From Nymphon striatum (lineage: Eukaryota), in contig JABFOP010000357.1 in assembly GCA_016618385.1 (NCBI GenBank), positions 287,545 to 351,544 of the forward strand: a stretch of DNA of 64,000 nucleotides. The letters are read 5' to 3'. Every line of letters starts with the position of its first letter. The first letter of the stretch is position 1. The position numbers were made by a program, and so were the translations under genes. The notes below the pieces were generated by a model. The model worked only from the letters and a program-made list of their open reading frames with translations, was not told the origin of the DNA and did no database searches. Below are positions 12,489 through 25,965 of this stretch, one piece after another.

Positions 12489-14039
12489 TACTAGAGGGAC
12501 TCAGTCATCTTCTGTCCTGGGTCAGTGTTAACTTAAAAGTCTGAGAGGGACCACAAGCATGCACAAATGTTACGTGTACGTCTGTATGACAGACAATGGC
12601 GGATAGGCAACATTCGTACAATATCAGAGAAGAATCTTGCTCTCAGATTTGTCAATTGGTATGAGTAGTGCTCCTTCTGGTAGATGAATCTTCAGGTGTC
12701 TATCATGGTTCCCACACTTAAAAAAACATATTTTTCTATGACTAAATCAAACTCTTTGTCCAGGACTTTCAAGCACCTTGATCGTTATTTCCAAGTCAAA
12801 CGAAAAAAATTAATGGCAGTTTTAAATTGTCAACAGTATAATAAATGTTATTTGAATTTGAATCTTTGATTCATCATTAGCGACAGAAATATACATATGG
12901 GAGTCAATTCACACCTGTACTGGCTGTACACAAACATATATGGCTATGGTGCGGACTCGGAAGAGTCCAATTTATTTTTTATTAAACCTTATTTTATGAA
13001 GGTAGTCCTTAATAACCTTAAAGGGGCCCTCAACAAAATTCAACAATATCCTACTATATAAATTGGTAAAACATATAAGAAAAAAGAAAAATACAATATT
13101 AAATATATATATATATTGAATACTTTTGAATATTTTATCTTTTAAAAAATCAAGCACTTTCCAGGGTTTTAAGGATCCGTGGAAACCCTGTCTACAGCCA
13201 CATACTTTTATGCAATATGACTCATTCTGAGGTACCTTTACCTTTGCCGAACATACTCCCCTTGCTTTCGCCATTGAAGAAGTCTGAGGTACCTGATATT
13301 TCACCACAATGTTGCAAGTTTGGAGAGGTCAGCCTTGCAGGCTGAGACAGATATAACCATATAGTAAAAATAAAGAAAAATTTCTTTGCTAAAAAACAAT
13401 TTTGCCGAACACCAGGTTTATGAACACAGATGAAATATTGTATATAAATATTAAGTATGTTAGAATCATTTACCACACCATAAAACACATCAGTGGTTTG
13501 CACAGATTGTTATAAAGAAGATATATAATCTTTGAATGGTACTAAAATTAGACTATTTCAAATATTTCCATTTTTATTAATTTATTTACTGACAAAAAAA
13601 TAAAATAAAAATACGAATGAATAACGTGAGATGAATGAGATGAAAAAATTTAATATGATGGGAAGGTAAAATATGATTAAATTGCAAAATTTACAAAATG
13701 TGCTGGAAAAAAGAAATTCTTTTTTAACAGGAAATTATATATACATTAATTAATAACAATAAAAAATGCATATAGATTTTATAATATATTGGCCAATTAG
13801 AATAAGATTTCTGAATACTTGATTCAACATAACACTTAATTCAAATTTTATGCATTCATATTGGGAAGGGAATAAACTATACCTTTTTTCACCTGAGGAT
13901 ACCAATCAATAGGTTCATGAGAATATAAGCTCTTATCCTGTTAATCCAAGATAAAAGAAAGAACGGGTTACCTTGGCATGTCCATCCTTGAGATGCTGCT
14001 ATTATAAAGGTTTTGGTTTTATTTCTCAGCTCAAGAAAT

Positions 14040-14300
14040 ATAAGCTAAATGAAGGGAGTGCTCTTTGACAGGAAATTCAGTCCAAAATCCTAGAATGTCC
14101 TTCCGCTCCTATAATCCCAGTCATGCTAAGCTTTCCGTGATACTGAAGTTTTTCCTTCAAGATATCCTCCTACACGTGCCTGAAATCAAGGGAGTGTTCT
14201 CCAACTGGAAATATGATCCAAAATCCTAGAACATCCCAGCATGCTAAGCTTTCCATGAAATTGAACTTCAGATATCCTCCTTAATGAATTATTTCTGAAA
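14040..14300. repeat. Two diverged copies of a unit of about 160 bp (local duplication).
   Basis: caggaaattcagtccaaaatcctagaatgtcc...catgctaagctttccgtgatactgaag... is repeated as ctggaaatatgatccaaaatcctagaacatcc...catgctaagctttccatgaaattgaac.... Confidence 0.55.
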
Positions 14301-15658
14301 TCCTCATGATATATTTCCTGATAAATCCTTAAGAAATCCTTCCAACATCTTAATCCTTTACTCATGATGCTAAGAAAAGATCCTAAGCTCCAAGAATGAA
14401 TGCAAGGCCTCCAAATGTCCAGATTACCTTCATAAAACAAAATAAATGAAAGGTTAATTTGTTTCTTAATAAATGAAAAGAAAGAAAAAAAATTAAGTTT
14501 GTTGTTTTGATAAAAATAACAAAAACAATAAAGTACACAAACAAGGGCTTCTGCTTACAATTATTTTTCGCTTCCATTTCCCATGTTAAATTTAGCATTT
14601 TCTAAATCTATGATGCCAAAAATAGTCTTATTTTGCTAACATTTATGAATACAGCAAAAATTTGCACAGCATTCAAAAATACATATTTATGCCCTAATCA
14701 ATTGCAATTTGGCAATCTTAGAGCAATTTTTTACTTTCAAAACAACTTTAAATTCAAAAATTTGATAAAAAAACCTGTTACAGACTCAATTAAGTAAATT
14801 GAGAATACGAAGAGTATTGGTCTGGAAATAAAGCATTCAAGAAAAAAATCTACAGGGCCTGAAATAATGAATGATTGAATATATCAAATCAAACTATAAA
14901 CTAGATTCTAGTTCTAAATGGAAATATTTTTTTTATAAAGATGTCAATCTATTTTGAGTCCACGGCAGAAGCATTGCCTGATTCTGAGCCCATAATCATT
15001 AATTTACACCTTAAGTGAGAGCTTTTTGGCTGCAAAAACAATGTTTTCAGCTCTCAGAACTTGCGATAATTAATAGGACACAATATCTTGACATGCCCAT
15101 AAAAATGAAGGATATAAAAATTTCATTTGAAGATAATTGATATAGATAAATGTAATAATATTTATGGTCAATTTTCATGGTTTCAGGCATACCATAAATT
15201 CCTAAGAGAAAGGTGTAGAATCCTGTCCTCTTGGATATCCAGGATGCATGAATACCACACACCTGCTTTTCCACATAATACGTAATTGTACTAAATCCAA
15301 GACATAAAAATTTGATCCAAGAAACGAGTCCACATCATGCTGATAAAATCAAATCTATGAATACAAGTAATAAAGAGAAAAAAACAGATACAGAATACAG
15401 TTAGCAATGGAAAACACTTTTATGTTTGAACTAAAAATGTTAAAGATATCATATCATATTCATATTTCAATACTGACAATCAAAAACATATCAAAAATGG
15501 AATATGACTAGTGTGAAAAATGAAAGAATGATTGAAACAAATTTTTTTTTTTTTCAATAGGAAACTAAAAATTGAAGTAAATTTAAGGAAAAAATATATT
15601 GACTAAAATTTCAGGAAAAATGAAATGAAAACATGACCTCTGGATCATGGATGATTGA

Positions 15659-15838
15659 TTAATAGTATGAATCTGAATATGATCGAGAGCGAGATCTATA
15701 CAGACTTCTTGATCTAGACCGTGACTTTTTGAAGGAATATGCTGGTGAACTTCTACTAAATTTACGGGGCGAATAACTTCTACTCCTTGATCTTCCGCGA
15801 CTGTAATCATCTTTTACATAAATATGTGAGGTTTCACC
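15659..15838 (-). CDS. SRSF1: SR splicing factor terminal coding exon. Encodes the RS domain (Arg-Ser dipeptide repeats) and the stop codon.
   Basis: The tttttgatttttcag acceptor is followed by GETSHIYVKDDYSRGRSRSRSYSPRKFSRSSPAYSFKKSRSRSRSLYRSRSRSYSDSYY*. Compare human SRSF1 [27 protein letters not shown].... The phase-0 junction after ...FRSHE matches. Confidence 0.88.
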   Translation of the reverse strand, partial: GETSHIYVKDDYSRGRSRSRSYSPRKFSRSSPAYSFKKSRSRSRSLYRSRSRSYSDSYY

Positions 15839-18001
15839 CTGAAAAATCAAAAACATCAGTTTTTCATAATTACCTTTAAATTTATCAAATTAATCAATAT
15901 CAATGTATTACATAATGATTTAATAACACACTCAGAAATTAAAAATAAAATGCAGTATAAGCAAGAGAACCAATAATATATTATCTATCAAAATTTCCTA
16001 CAATTTTCAGATAAGTTTTATTCTCAATTGGAGGTGAATGGTTATAAAAAAAAAAAACCAATAAACTAATTCGGTCAGGCCAAAGAAGCATAGCTTCACT
16101 AAGATATTAAACTTGAGTCAAAATTTGGATTTCTCGATTGTCATGCCATTTATACTACTTGCAGGGTACAAAACAGACAATCGTCGCATTTAGTCAATAA
16201 ACATCTTTCCGAACAATACTCGGCGATTCAACACTTTTGTGTGTTCCCTAAACTTTTAGGCCTCTCGAACTGCATGCCAACTCAATTTTTTTTTACATTT
16301 AATTACACAGAATCAAATATGAATCAAATTAATCAGTATAATTATCATAAAACCTAACTTAACTTAACCTACCGTATTTTCCGCACTATCAACCGCACAG
16401 GATTAACACCCGCACCCCCACAAGGGTCATACAAAATCCACACAATCTCCGCACCGTCTTATCACCCGCACCTCTCCAGTGAGAAATTTCCCGTCTGCTG
16501 TACACTGTTATAGTGTATCTCCACCACGCACATCGGAATGATAGTCATATATCCGAAATACAGTGATAATCCTGAGTTTAATCGTCACGATCCTCATCAG
16601 ATTCGAATCCATCGAAATCCTCGCCTTCCGTATCGTCATGGAACAGATCGTAATACAGCTGGGCCAACAGACAGTGCATGGCCGCTGGGAGGTGAACAAA
16701 CCACCTCGTTCGTTGACAATGATTGGCTTTAGGGGTGATATTACGGAGAATGAAAACGTAGAAATTACAATATACAACCGTAAGACTACTTCCCTTCAAT
16801 TTGGATATCAAAATGATATGGATATAAACAGGAAATTTGGTAATTTCTTTACGCCATCTTCGATAGTGCCGTCATCATCATATCAGTCTACTGTCGATGC
16901 TGCGATTGCTTGTGTATCGGTGTATGCATGGGTTGAGTGCAATGCAGGGTGTCTTTGCGAGTAGCGACCGTATATATTTTTTTATTTCTTTCGGAGTTGG
17001 CTGTGTATAATTGATCCCGGTTGGAGCAATTTAAAAATTATTTTAAATTATTTTCAAAGCTATCTGTCATTATATGAAACTAGTTACATATCCTCTATTT
17101 ATCACATAATAGATGTTATCAAGTGCATTGTGCAAATAATTGTGATATATTCCACGCGTTGAACACCATGCAATAACATCAGATTGGAATAACTTAATAA
17201 TTGTGTTATTCCACTAATAATAATATAAAAAATTTCAAATATTCCTCCACGCACAGTAAACAGATGCCATTGTTGTCTTGCATACTAAATTCAAGGTAAT
17301 TTTTTGTTATATATTATATATGGACATTATCAATTTCTACCAATATCCATATTGTGATGGCTTGCAGAAATACAAACAATGTTGGATTGTTGCATATATC
17401 TCATATCAAATGGGAACTCATTTTATTATAAACATTTGGTTGTCGTAAGTTTGAAATCTTCTGTTTTTCGTTTTGTCCTACACATGCTAAATGTTTGTTA
17501 AATATTAGGACCATTAGAAAGCACAGAAAAGAAAGTAGAGGTAGCTCTGAGACAAATGAAGAGCGGAAAGGCATTAGGACCAACAGACAAGCGATCTATT
17601 AAAGGCAGCAGGAAAGAAAGGAGAGAGAGAGGGGATACCAGTAGACTGAAAGAAGTACAACCATACCAATTTATAAGGGCAAAAAAGATGCTATAGATTG
17701 TGGCGCTACTATTCATCGTAGTAATGGGTAGTGTATTTGCAGATGATTTAGTATTGACAGCAGAATCACAGCAAGAAGTACTGGAAACGTTCGAGAGATG
17801 GAGATAAGGAATAGAAACAAGAGGACTGTGTAAACTTGGATAAAACAAAGGTAACGGTAACTGAAAGCGATATTAATTAATATGCAAATTTCTCATTTAT
17901 GCAATAACATAGTAAACAATACCCAAGATTATGACATATTAATAAAATGAAATCACACATACAATTGATGAGATAGAAAAAATAAATTCAATAAATGATA
18001 C

Positions 18002-18441
18002 CTCATGGGAACGGAACTTGGATTCATCCAACTTTTTCACAGCATATTTCATATCTTCATACCTTAAAAATTCAACTACTCCTGTGCCATCTTTAAACAC
18101 ATCAGCATAGCATACATCACCAGCTTCTCTCATGTGGTCTTTTAAATCTTGCCAGCTACCAGTTGAAGGTAAGTTAGAGACTTGTACACGATACTGAGAA
18201 CGCCTTGCAGGAGGCCCACGTCCCCTCCCTCGAGGTGCATGAGATCTATGACCACCACCACCTCCTCCTCCTCCACCACCACCTCCTCCTCCACCACCCA
18301 CTGCCACCGCCGCCACCACCACCACCTCCGCCACTACCACCACCACCGCCTTCTCCTCTGCTTCCTCGTGGAAACTCGACTCTCAGTTTATAACCATCAT
18401 AATCATACCCATCTCTTGCATGTACAGCATCATCAGCATCT
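18002..18441 (-). CDS. SRSF1: SR splicing factor exon 2. Covers the end of RRM1, a Gly-rich hinge encoded by a GGN microsatellite, and the pseudo-RRM (RRM2). There is an apparent +1 frameshift inside the Gly tract.
   Basis: The tttttcag acceptor is followed by (R)[40 protein letters not shown].... In the other frame the sequence continues ...[86 protein letters not shown]|gtatca. The [20 protein letters not shown] heptapeptide region is the hallmark of SRSF1/9 RRM2. The two frames overlap between 18249 and 18346. Confidence 0.85.
18240..18350 (-). repeat. Coding GGN trinucleotide microsatellite (poly-Gly hinge of the SR protein).
   Basis: About 35 consecutive GGT/GGA/GGC/GGG codons on the minus strand (CCN on the plus strand). 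Confidence 0.9.
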
Positions 18442-18810
18442 CTGAAAAATAATGTTTCAGATATAGAATCCTTTATAGTTGAAAATATTCTTAAAAACAG
18501 AATTGTAGCCTGAAATAATGCCACAATCGACGTCACAATGAACCATGACTGCTTCCTAACAGGCATTTTTTCAGGCTTCTTACTGGCATTGATTATTAAA
18601 AAATTAAAATAACAATGTGGCAGAAGACAAATAACAAACAAGTTTATTCAGTCAGCCAAAACGAAATAAAAAAGTCAGGTGCACAGTAATTCATAATATA
18701 AAAAGCGGACTAACTACTAGAAACCCAAGTATAAAACAAATTAACAGAGGATTTTCCTCTACGATTGGAATGTTCTTTAAATGGAAAGTCTAGTGGTCAT
18801 TACAAAACTG

Positions 18811-19570
18811 GCCAGGGTTTCCGCTGCCAGTCGCCAACGGCGAAAAAATAAAAAAAATGGCGATAAAATGATTTGCCGAAAACAATCGTTTTTTATAGGT
18901 TTGTTTCTTGGCGAAATTGAGGCCGTTATTAGGAACATAAATTAAAAAATTATTATTCACAGAGGTTAGTACAGTATTACGGTAAACATTATATTTGATT
19001 TCGGTTCTTATTTTGTGTAATTATGAGTAAAATGTGTTGTGATGTCCTAACGTTGAATTTTCGTACCTCCGAGCGCTCGGACGAGCCACATTTTCACCGT
19101 CACGATTACGGCATGGAAAATTACCCAATCCGGGTAAACAGGCCTCAACGAAATGTGGTCGGTACCGGCGAAATATCTACTACCTTTTTTATACACGAAA
19201 TTTCTCTTTACTAAACATCTCGATCTGGCCTAGGGAGCAATATAACACACAGCCGAAAACACAGTACGCAGTACTTTCACGCATGTATTTTAGGCCGTAT
19301 GCGAGATCGCGTTTGAAAATTCCGCAACCGAAAAGCATATAAAAAGTTTTAAAATGCGTTATTTGAAGTATAAGAGTATTTCCATTTTATTTTTTACAGG
19401 GTTCGTACGTGTCCTTAAATTTCCTGAAATTTCATTTTAGTCCTGAAATGTCCTGAAAAATGTCAAAGTTAGTCCTGGAATACCCCCCTCCCAAACCCTC
19501 CCCGCACGTAAAAAATATTTGGGATAATTGTGGCGAAAAAAATATAAGGTCCAGTGGAAACCCTGACTGG
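18811..19570. mobile_element. TIR element family D, with TIR (G)CCAGGGTTTCC(G/A)CTG. It contains a family-C fragment and lies in SRSF intron 1.
   Basis: The left end gccagggtttccgctgccagtcg is the inverted complement of the right end ccagtggaaaccctgactgg. A 282-bp relative lies at 61741-62022 (gcagggtttccactgg...cagcggaaaccctgc). Partial ends lie at 43028-43100 and 48290-48340. The 19470-19560 segment recurs inverted at 61760-61850. Confidence 0.55.
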
Positions 19571-21269
19571 CTGTGTGTTGTTATTTTTGAATTGAGTTTA
19601 GCTTTTCAAAACATGACCACACATTAAATTCGAGTTTGATTTCTTTAAACTATACCACCAAGCTAATCTCTCGACTCTCAGCAGATTAGGTGTCAACTGC
19701 TGGGCATGTGGGATTAATGACACCATATAATGTCCGAAGCATCGTATCCATGACATTGACACATTAAACATAAGCACAAAAATGTGGCTGTGCACCAATC
19801 ACCAAAATCCAACTCCGGTCGTCCAAAGGGCGACTGGACACATAGCTGGCTAACCTTATGCTCCAGTAGCGATTGCCTGCGCTAGCTACACCACGTGTAA
19901 CCCAAAATTACAGATTTTTTCAGACGGAGGTGTTCTTGTGTTTAAACATTCATTTTCATAATTTCGAGAAGTAAAGCCTGGAAGTTGAAGAAAGAGCACG
20001 AATTTGGGGTGAGGGAAACTTTCAAGATAGTTATAATCATCATTTATATGTTCACTGCTTGATAGTTGAACAAATGAGTGCTGGGGGAGGAGTCATCAAT
20101 GGTGGCGTGATTGGTTGTTACAGTGTTACAGACGCTGGGTAGGTGGGTGGGTAACAATTTTGGTGAAGAAAGATAGTGTACGTAATTTTTTCATTTTCAT
20201 TCACTCGAGCGCTTTGTATTGCGGAATGTGTAATTATTTAACTGAATGTAGAATCATCATGAAATTTTGTCAGAATAGAGACAAGATATAGTTGTATATG
20301 TTGATTTACCTTTAAAGACCGTTGGTTGAGTAGAAACTTTCACTACGGTTGATAGTAAATGACATAAATTTTCGGATCGATCACAGACACACTAAACTAT
20401 GTCAGAAATAAAAAATTTTAAAACTAGGTTACTGGGGGTTAACTCGATCGACTCTAGTGACCGCCAATTCCAGGAAAATCTAGCACTGAGAGCCAGTGAG
20501 AAGCGAGAATTAGGGAGTCCCCGCTCAACCAGATTTCATTCCATGGAACATGGATTAAGACACGATTTGAACATTTACCATCATACCTATTTATTGTAGG
20601 AAAGCAGCGTTTCAAAATGTATACATTTTTTACTTTTTAAAATGATCTCGTTTCGCAACCAGTGGTAGGCACCGGTGAATCCGTCAGATGGCGCTGCAAA
20701 ATATGTAACACTCTGTAACACGGAGATACTATTGCCCTACGTCAGCAAAGGGCTGCCAAACATGAATTTGAAAACATGCTTTTTTAAAATGGCCATTTCA
20801 TCGTTTCTCATGTTAAGATACACATTGTATGGGTCACAACAAATATTTGGGATATCCCGTGATCATTTGACCGCCTTCATTTTTTAACTTTTGTCTGCTA
20901 AATTTATAAAATGGCGATCGGAAGATAACCCAAATTTCACCGTTATTAAAATAGCTCACGCATCTAAACGGAGCCATGAGCAACATTAAAACATTGCTTT
21001 TAATAATTTTGAGAAACTATTCTATCATTTAATCTTCGCGAAATTATGATACCTGTAGCACTTTAGGAGAAATAAAGCCTTGAAGTAGAGGCTTTTTCGT
21101 TCGTGTTGCATCAAATTCAATGTCGTTAACATGGCATCTGGGGAGGGAGAAGTCAATAGAGACGTAATTATGACGTCACCACAATGTGTTCGGGCAATAA
21201 GTAACATGTAAAGTATAGAAATTCGAGTGTTACAAAAATTGGTACATTTTTGACTCTAAAAACTGCTCT

Positions 21270-21500
21270 CGTTTCCAAATCAGTGGTCCAATTTGACCCA
21301 TGTAAAAAGCATATTCACCCATTTTCCATAGGCTTTCCAGTGTGGCTGAAAAAAATCCTGTAAGAAAATTTTATTTTTTTATGCCGGTGCCTACCAGTGG
21401 TCCAATTTCCAATTTGGCTCATTTTTATAGGCTTTCCAGTCTGCCTGAAACGGATCATGTGGTGACACATTTTTTTTTTTTTTTTTTATACCGGTGCATC
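21270..21500. repeat. Tandem repeat of about 2.2 copies with a unit of about 110 bp. It lies in SRSF intron 1 and each unit ends in a poly-T run.
   Basis: The unit ...cagtggtccaatttgacccatgtaaaaagcat...ccataggctttccagtgtggctgaaaaaaatcctg is repeated as ...cagtggtccaatttccaatttggctcatttttataggctttccagtctgcctgaaacggatcatg. Confidence 0.6.
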
Positions 21501-21685
21501 CTCCTCGGCCAAAAGAAAATTCAAGTGAGAATCAATCTTCAAAATTAAATAGATTAAAATTATTTGGGCCGTACCCCTAACCGCACTATTACGAGAGCAA
21601 AGGTCGTAACTGCATACAGATTGATTATAATGAAGAAAAACCATTGAAATAATATTAATTAATAGGCAATAAACATAACAAAGAC

Positions 21686-21852
21686 CTTGGATCTTCAAAT
21701 TCAACAAAAGCAAATGGAGGCCCACGGCGATTCTTCAAATCAATGAAAACGATTTTCCCATATTTATAGAACAGATCTTCAATATCCTTGCTTCGAATAT
21801 CAGGAGGCAAATTACCAACGTATACTCTACATTCACTGTTTCTATTTGACAT
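21686..21852 (-). CDS. SRSF1: SR splicing factor (SRSF1/SRSF9-like) coding exon 1. Contains the ATG and the N-terminal part of RRM1. The exon ends in phase 2 at a GT donor.
   Basis: Minus-strand translation gives [55 protein letters not shown](R). This closely matches the human SRSF1 N-terminus ([25 protein letters not shown]...[10 protein letters not shown]). The donor CCAAG|gtcttt leaves a split AG|A Arg codon that is completed by exon 2. Confidence 0.9.
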
Positions 21853-24800
21853 CTTAAAAAGGATATTAAATTAAGAATTCTAAATGCGTTGAACGAAGAG
21901 ATTGAACAAGCACGCTTTTCCGAAAACGTAATCTCGCACCAGGGCACCAAGAGAATTAAAAATTTTAAAGTTAAAATTATTTTGATATCGTATCATCCTT
22001 ATTATATTAATATAATTTAATTTTATATAAAATGAATAACATTACATTAACTTATGGGACATAATATTTTTAGATATAAAAATAAAAGCGGGAAAAATTT
22101 GCACATTGCATTCTGGGCTGATAGAAGAACCTGCCAGAAAATAGATCATATCATCCAATCATCATTCGAGTAGAATAGGGCCAAGAACTCGTGTTGAAAA
22201 AAGTTGTAGAAGCGACAGCTCATAACATTGTTGTTTGAAGTGACTAAATTTGATTTGATTTGATTAATCTTGTGGTAAGTTTAGTAAATTAATGTAATCT
22301 TTCATTAGAAATTTAGGCGTTTAGAATCCATTATATTTAAAGATTTTACACTGGAGTCACTTAATTTTTTTCGCACTATTCAATTCATGAATGATTTTTC
22401 TACATCAACTCCAGAGTCGAGAAGTCTTTATTACAATGAGTTAATCCTGTAATGAATATAATATGGGTTTTCTGTTGAATTTTTTCTCAATAGACACTCC
22501 ATATTTAGAGTATTTATTTAAAGATATAATTTTTATATCAATTATTAATTCGGATTGGTTCGTATCTAAATCGGTACCGGCTGTCAGAAATTTGAAATGC
22601 GGAGCCTGAAGAGGCTGCGGGTACGACTGGTATTTGGCGTTTAGAATCGAAGTTATACTCAATTAAGACTTTTCTTATTTCTTGATTGAATTAACCTCCT
22701 GATAATGCCCATATTGTCATAATGATACTCCCGTAGAAAGAAAGAGGAGAGTATGTTGCCATTGTTGGTGTTTGAGTGGTTAGATCATTAGAAATTAATT
22801 CCAATTCAATTAAGGTAGTGTCTATTTGACCGGTAGCCGGCCACATTTTGTTTAAAATTGTTTACCCGGAGTCAATCCTGATTGGGTAATTTTCCATGAC
22901 GTCATTGTGAATATGGCTCGTCCGAGCGCTCAGCTGGAGGTACAGAATTTAACGTTAGCACATACATTTTAAGCAGTGTCTTTTTTGCCGGAATCGGGCA
23001 CATTTCGCTCTAAAGTTATTTTATCCGATATCGTGTCTGAATGGCTAAAACTGTACAGAGATTTGAAAACGTCTCTTGATCAGCCTGCGGAATAGCTAGG
23101 TTAAGTTAATAATAATTATAATGGATGGAAGATAATAATAACTGTGTATTATAACAGAACAAACTTTACCTAACCTATTCCGATCTAGGCTGATCCAAGC
23201 CTGGGGATTTCAGATTTTATCGGTAACAGTTTTTCAGTTCCGTACTTTCTCTTCATGGGAACCCAAGGGAAATAAAATTTCGATTCCGTGCTTAAAGTTC
23301 ATAGGAACCGTTTTTTTTTTTTTTTTTTTTTTTTTTTCCCAGTCATATTCAGCTGTTTTAGGGCTATTCCAGAAAATTGTACATGGGGGACAGAAGGTAC
23401 TTTTTTCATACCCCAACAACCCGTTTAATTTTTTACCATGCGTCATATAAAATTTTATAAAAATAAATAAACTGATAGGAAACGAAATTTCTTCTGATAA
23501 TTATGCGTACTAGATCCGAGTCGGCGCTGCTTATCCTGAAACCAGAGATCAATTGCTGGATCTGCATTAAAGTTTTCAATACTGGTTTCTTCACTTTTAC
23601 GGAGACATACTTTCAGCATTGGCCTGCCTAAGCTGCTTCTGTGATCATTAGCCAAAATTAATATTCAAATCTTCCATATTCTATCATTTTCAAGATTGAC
23701 GAAAAAAATTTTGTCGTACCGATACGATTTACGGCATAATTATCAAATTATTCCATCATTTTTAAACAAAAGCCTAGATTTTGATTTGATGTTTTTTTTT
23801 CAAATAGTTTGTAGGCAATATTTAAACTCGCTGCCTCTACCATGCTGTTTATTTTCTTGAATGTAATGAGGGAAAAGTTAAAATAGCATGGATACCCAGG
23901 CTAGTAGCGTAATTGCAATTCATGAAAGTCAAAACTGCTATCTCACATCGTAAAAATAATGTGTGACCCCAAACAATTTTTTTCTGCAGCGCTATTTTTT
24001 TTTATGAACCGTTTATAAATCCTTATTTCGGGCCTTGTGTATGCATCGGTTTCATGAAAGAGCTGTGTAGTATTTTCTTAATCTAATACAGTTGCATCAA
24101 AGACAAAAATACAATGACATGTTATTATTCATTTGCTGATTAAAATGAATAGAAAGTGTATTTGATGGTGAATCTGCATGAAAGATTTCGGGAAAATTGT
24201 ATATAATGAATACATACCTGAAATTTGAAAAAAGTTGTCATAGAATACAGGTTCAAGGGTGAAAGTATTCCGGAACACGTCGGATTCTCCGGTTTTTACG
24301 GGTCTTGAAGGGTCGTTTTTCCAAATCGTGTAAATCCGTTGAGATTTTTTTTCAGAGTGGGGGGGAGGTATGACCCAACTCCTCAGATTTTCGATAGTTA
24401 ATTTCTCAAAAGATACTGGCAGACTGGTTTTAGAGAGAAAATACCCCGTCCCTCGGATAGGACGTTAATGGAGTTCCAGTGTAAAGGAGAGTCATACCCT
24501 CTATACGTTAAAGAACACACTTCACTATTCGGATAAAGAGTAGGGTAATCCTGGTGAAGTGTAGCACCTGCGTAGAACACGCAGAACACCTATTCTTGAC
24601 TTTTAAAGGACCCGTACGAACCCTGAATTCCTACAAAATATGAATTACTATGGATTTTAAGATTATTTATAAAATGAAAACCTTTATTGCACTAAACTCA
24701 CAAGGGTTTTTTTTTTTTTGAGTTTAGTGCAACAAAGGTTTTTAAAAAAAATTAAAGAAGAAATAAAAAAAAAATCATAAAAACACTCCAGTTACATGAG

Positions 24801-25965
24801 TGAAGGTTTTTCAGGTTTTTCAAAATTTTCAACTCTCACCCATGCAGGTTAAATACTTCGGAAATAAAATTAATTTGCTTTAATTTTGTCATTTCATGTC
24901 ATGTTTTAGCTATGAATTATGACAACCCTAATAGATATTTAATGGGCAGCATAAATAATTGTGGGTGTCACATTTGAAGGAGTGCTTATGCACCACACCT
25001 TAAGTGAATAAAATCTCATTGCCATTTATAGAAGCAATTGATTATTACTTTTTTAGTTATAATAATATCCATGTGTGAATAGTTTCAACTTTATTAAATA
25101 TTGATAATAATAATATTTAAATTCTTTGGCCTAACTAAGCTATAGATATCTGAAATATTGAGATTTCAAATATCTATAGCCTAGTTAGGCCAAAAAATTT
25201 AAATATCATTATTTAATAAAATTTAATATTTTTCTGAATATACTTCTAAATGTAATTTATCAAAACACACTTTTATTCATGTTTAATATCTGTTAAAATA
25301 TAAAAAAAAAAATTTAATTTCATAATTTTATTTTCATTCAGAACCCCCTATTAATGAATACACAAGAACGCATCTTTGTTCATTCCATTCCATTCAGAAA
25401 TTATGTCTCTTTTTTTCATTTTTTTTTTTTTTGCCAAAATTATCACCCTACCCCATAACATAACACTTAACCATACCCCCTAAAAATTACGTAACAAATG
25501 TATGAAACCCCCCCCCCCATTTTTCCTGGCCAAAGCACTCTAAAAAATACCAAACTTGCAAAATTTGGCCTTTAAATAGGCCAATCTGACAATGCTGATG
25601 GTGTTATGTAACACTTGGCCAGATACACACCCCCCTAGTAACACTAGGATACATTTTCAACACATATTAAAGTGTTTTTTTTTTTAATTTTCTTCAATTT
25701 CATTGAAATAGATAGTTAATTCTGGGACAGGGACACCTTGTATAGAAGAAAATGAAATGATCTTATATTAACGTACATTTAAATATATTTAAATGATAAT
25801 CAGAAGGCATGCATGGATGCACTAAATTAACATCTCCAAAAGTATGTGTAAGGGTTCAAAGAAAACTACAGTCTTCTTTGTATTTATTTATGTATTATGC
25901 TGATAATGATAACCATGATAATTTATGTGATTTTTATCATTTTTAGGCAATCAAAATTTGCAGCT

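Noticed and set aside
12972-13503. Overlapping minus-strand ORFs (111 and 93 aa) with Gly/Lys-rich ends
   Set aside because: No recognisable domain. The frames overlap and the region contains A/T homopolymers. Support is insufficient to call a gene.
18182-18445. His/Pro/Leu-rich plus-strand ORFs (87 and 62 aa)
   Set aside because: They are the antisense reading of the SR-protein GGN/CCN microsatellite and exon 2. This is a frame artefact of the trinucleotide repeat.
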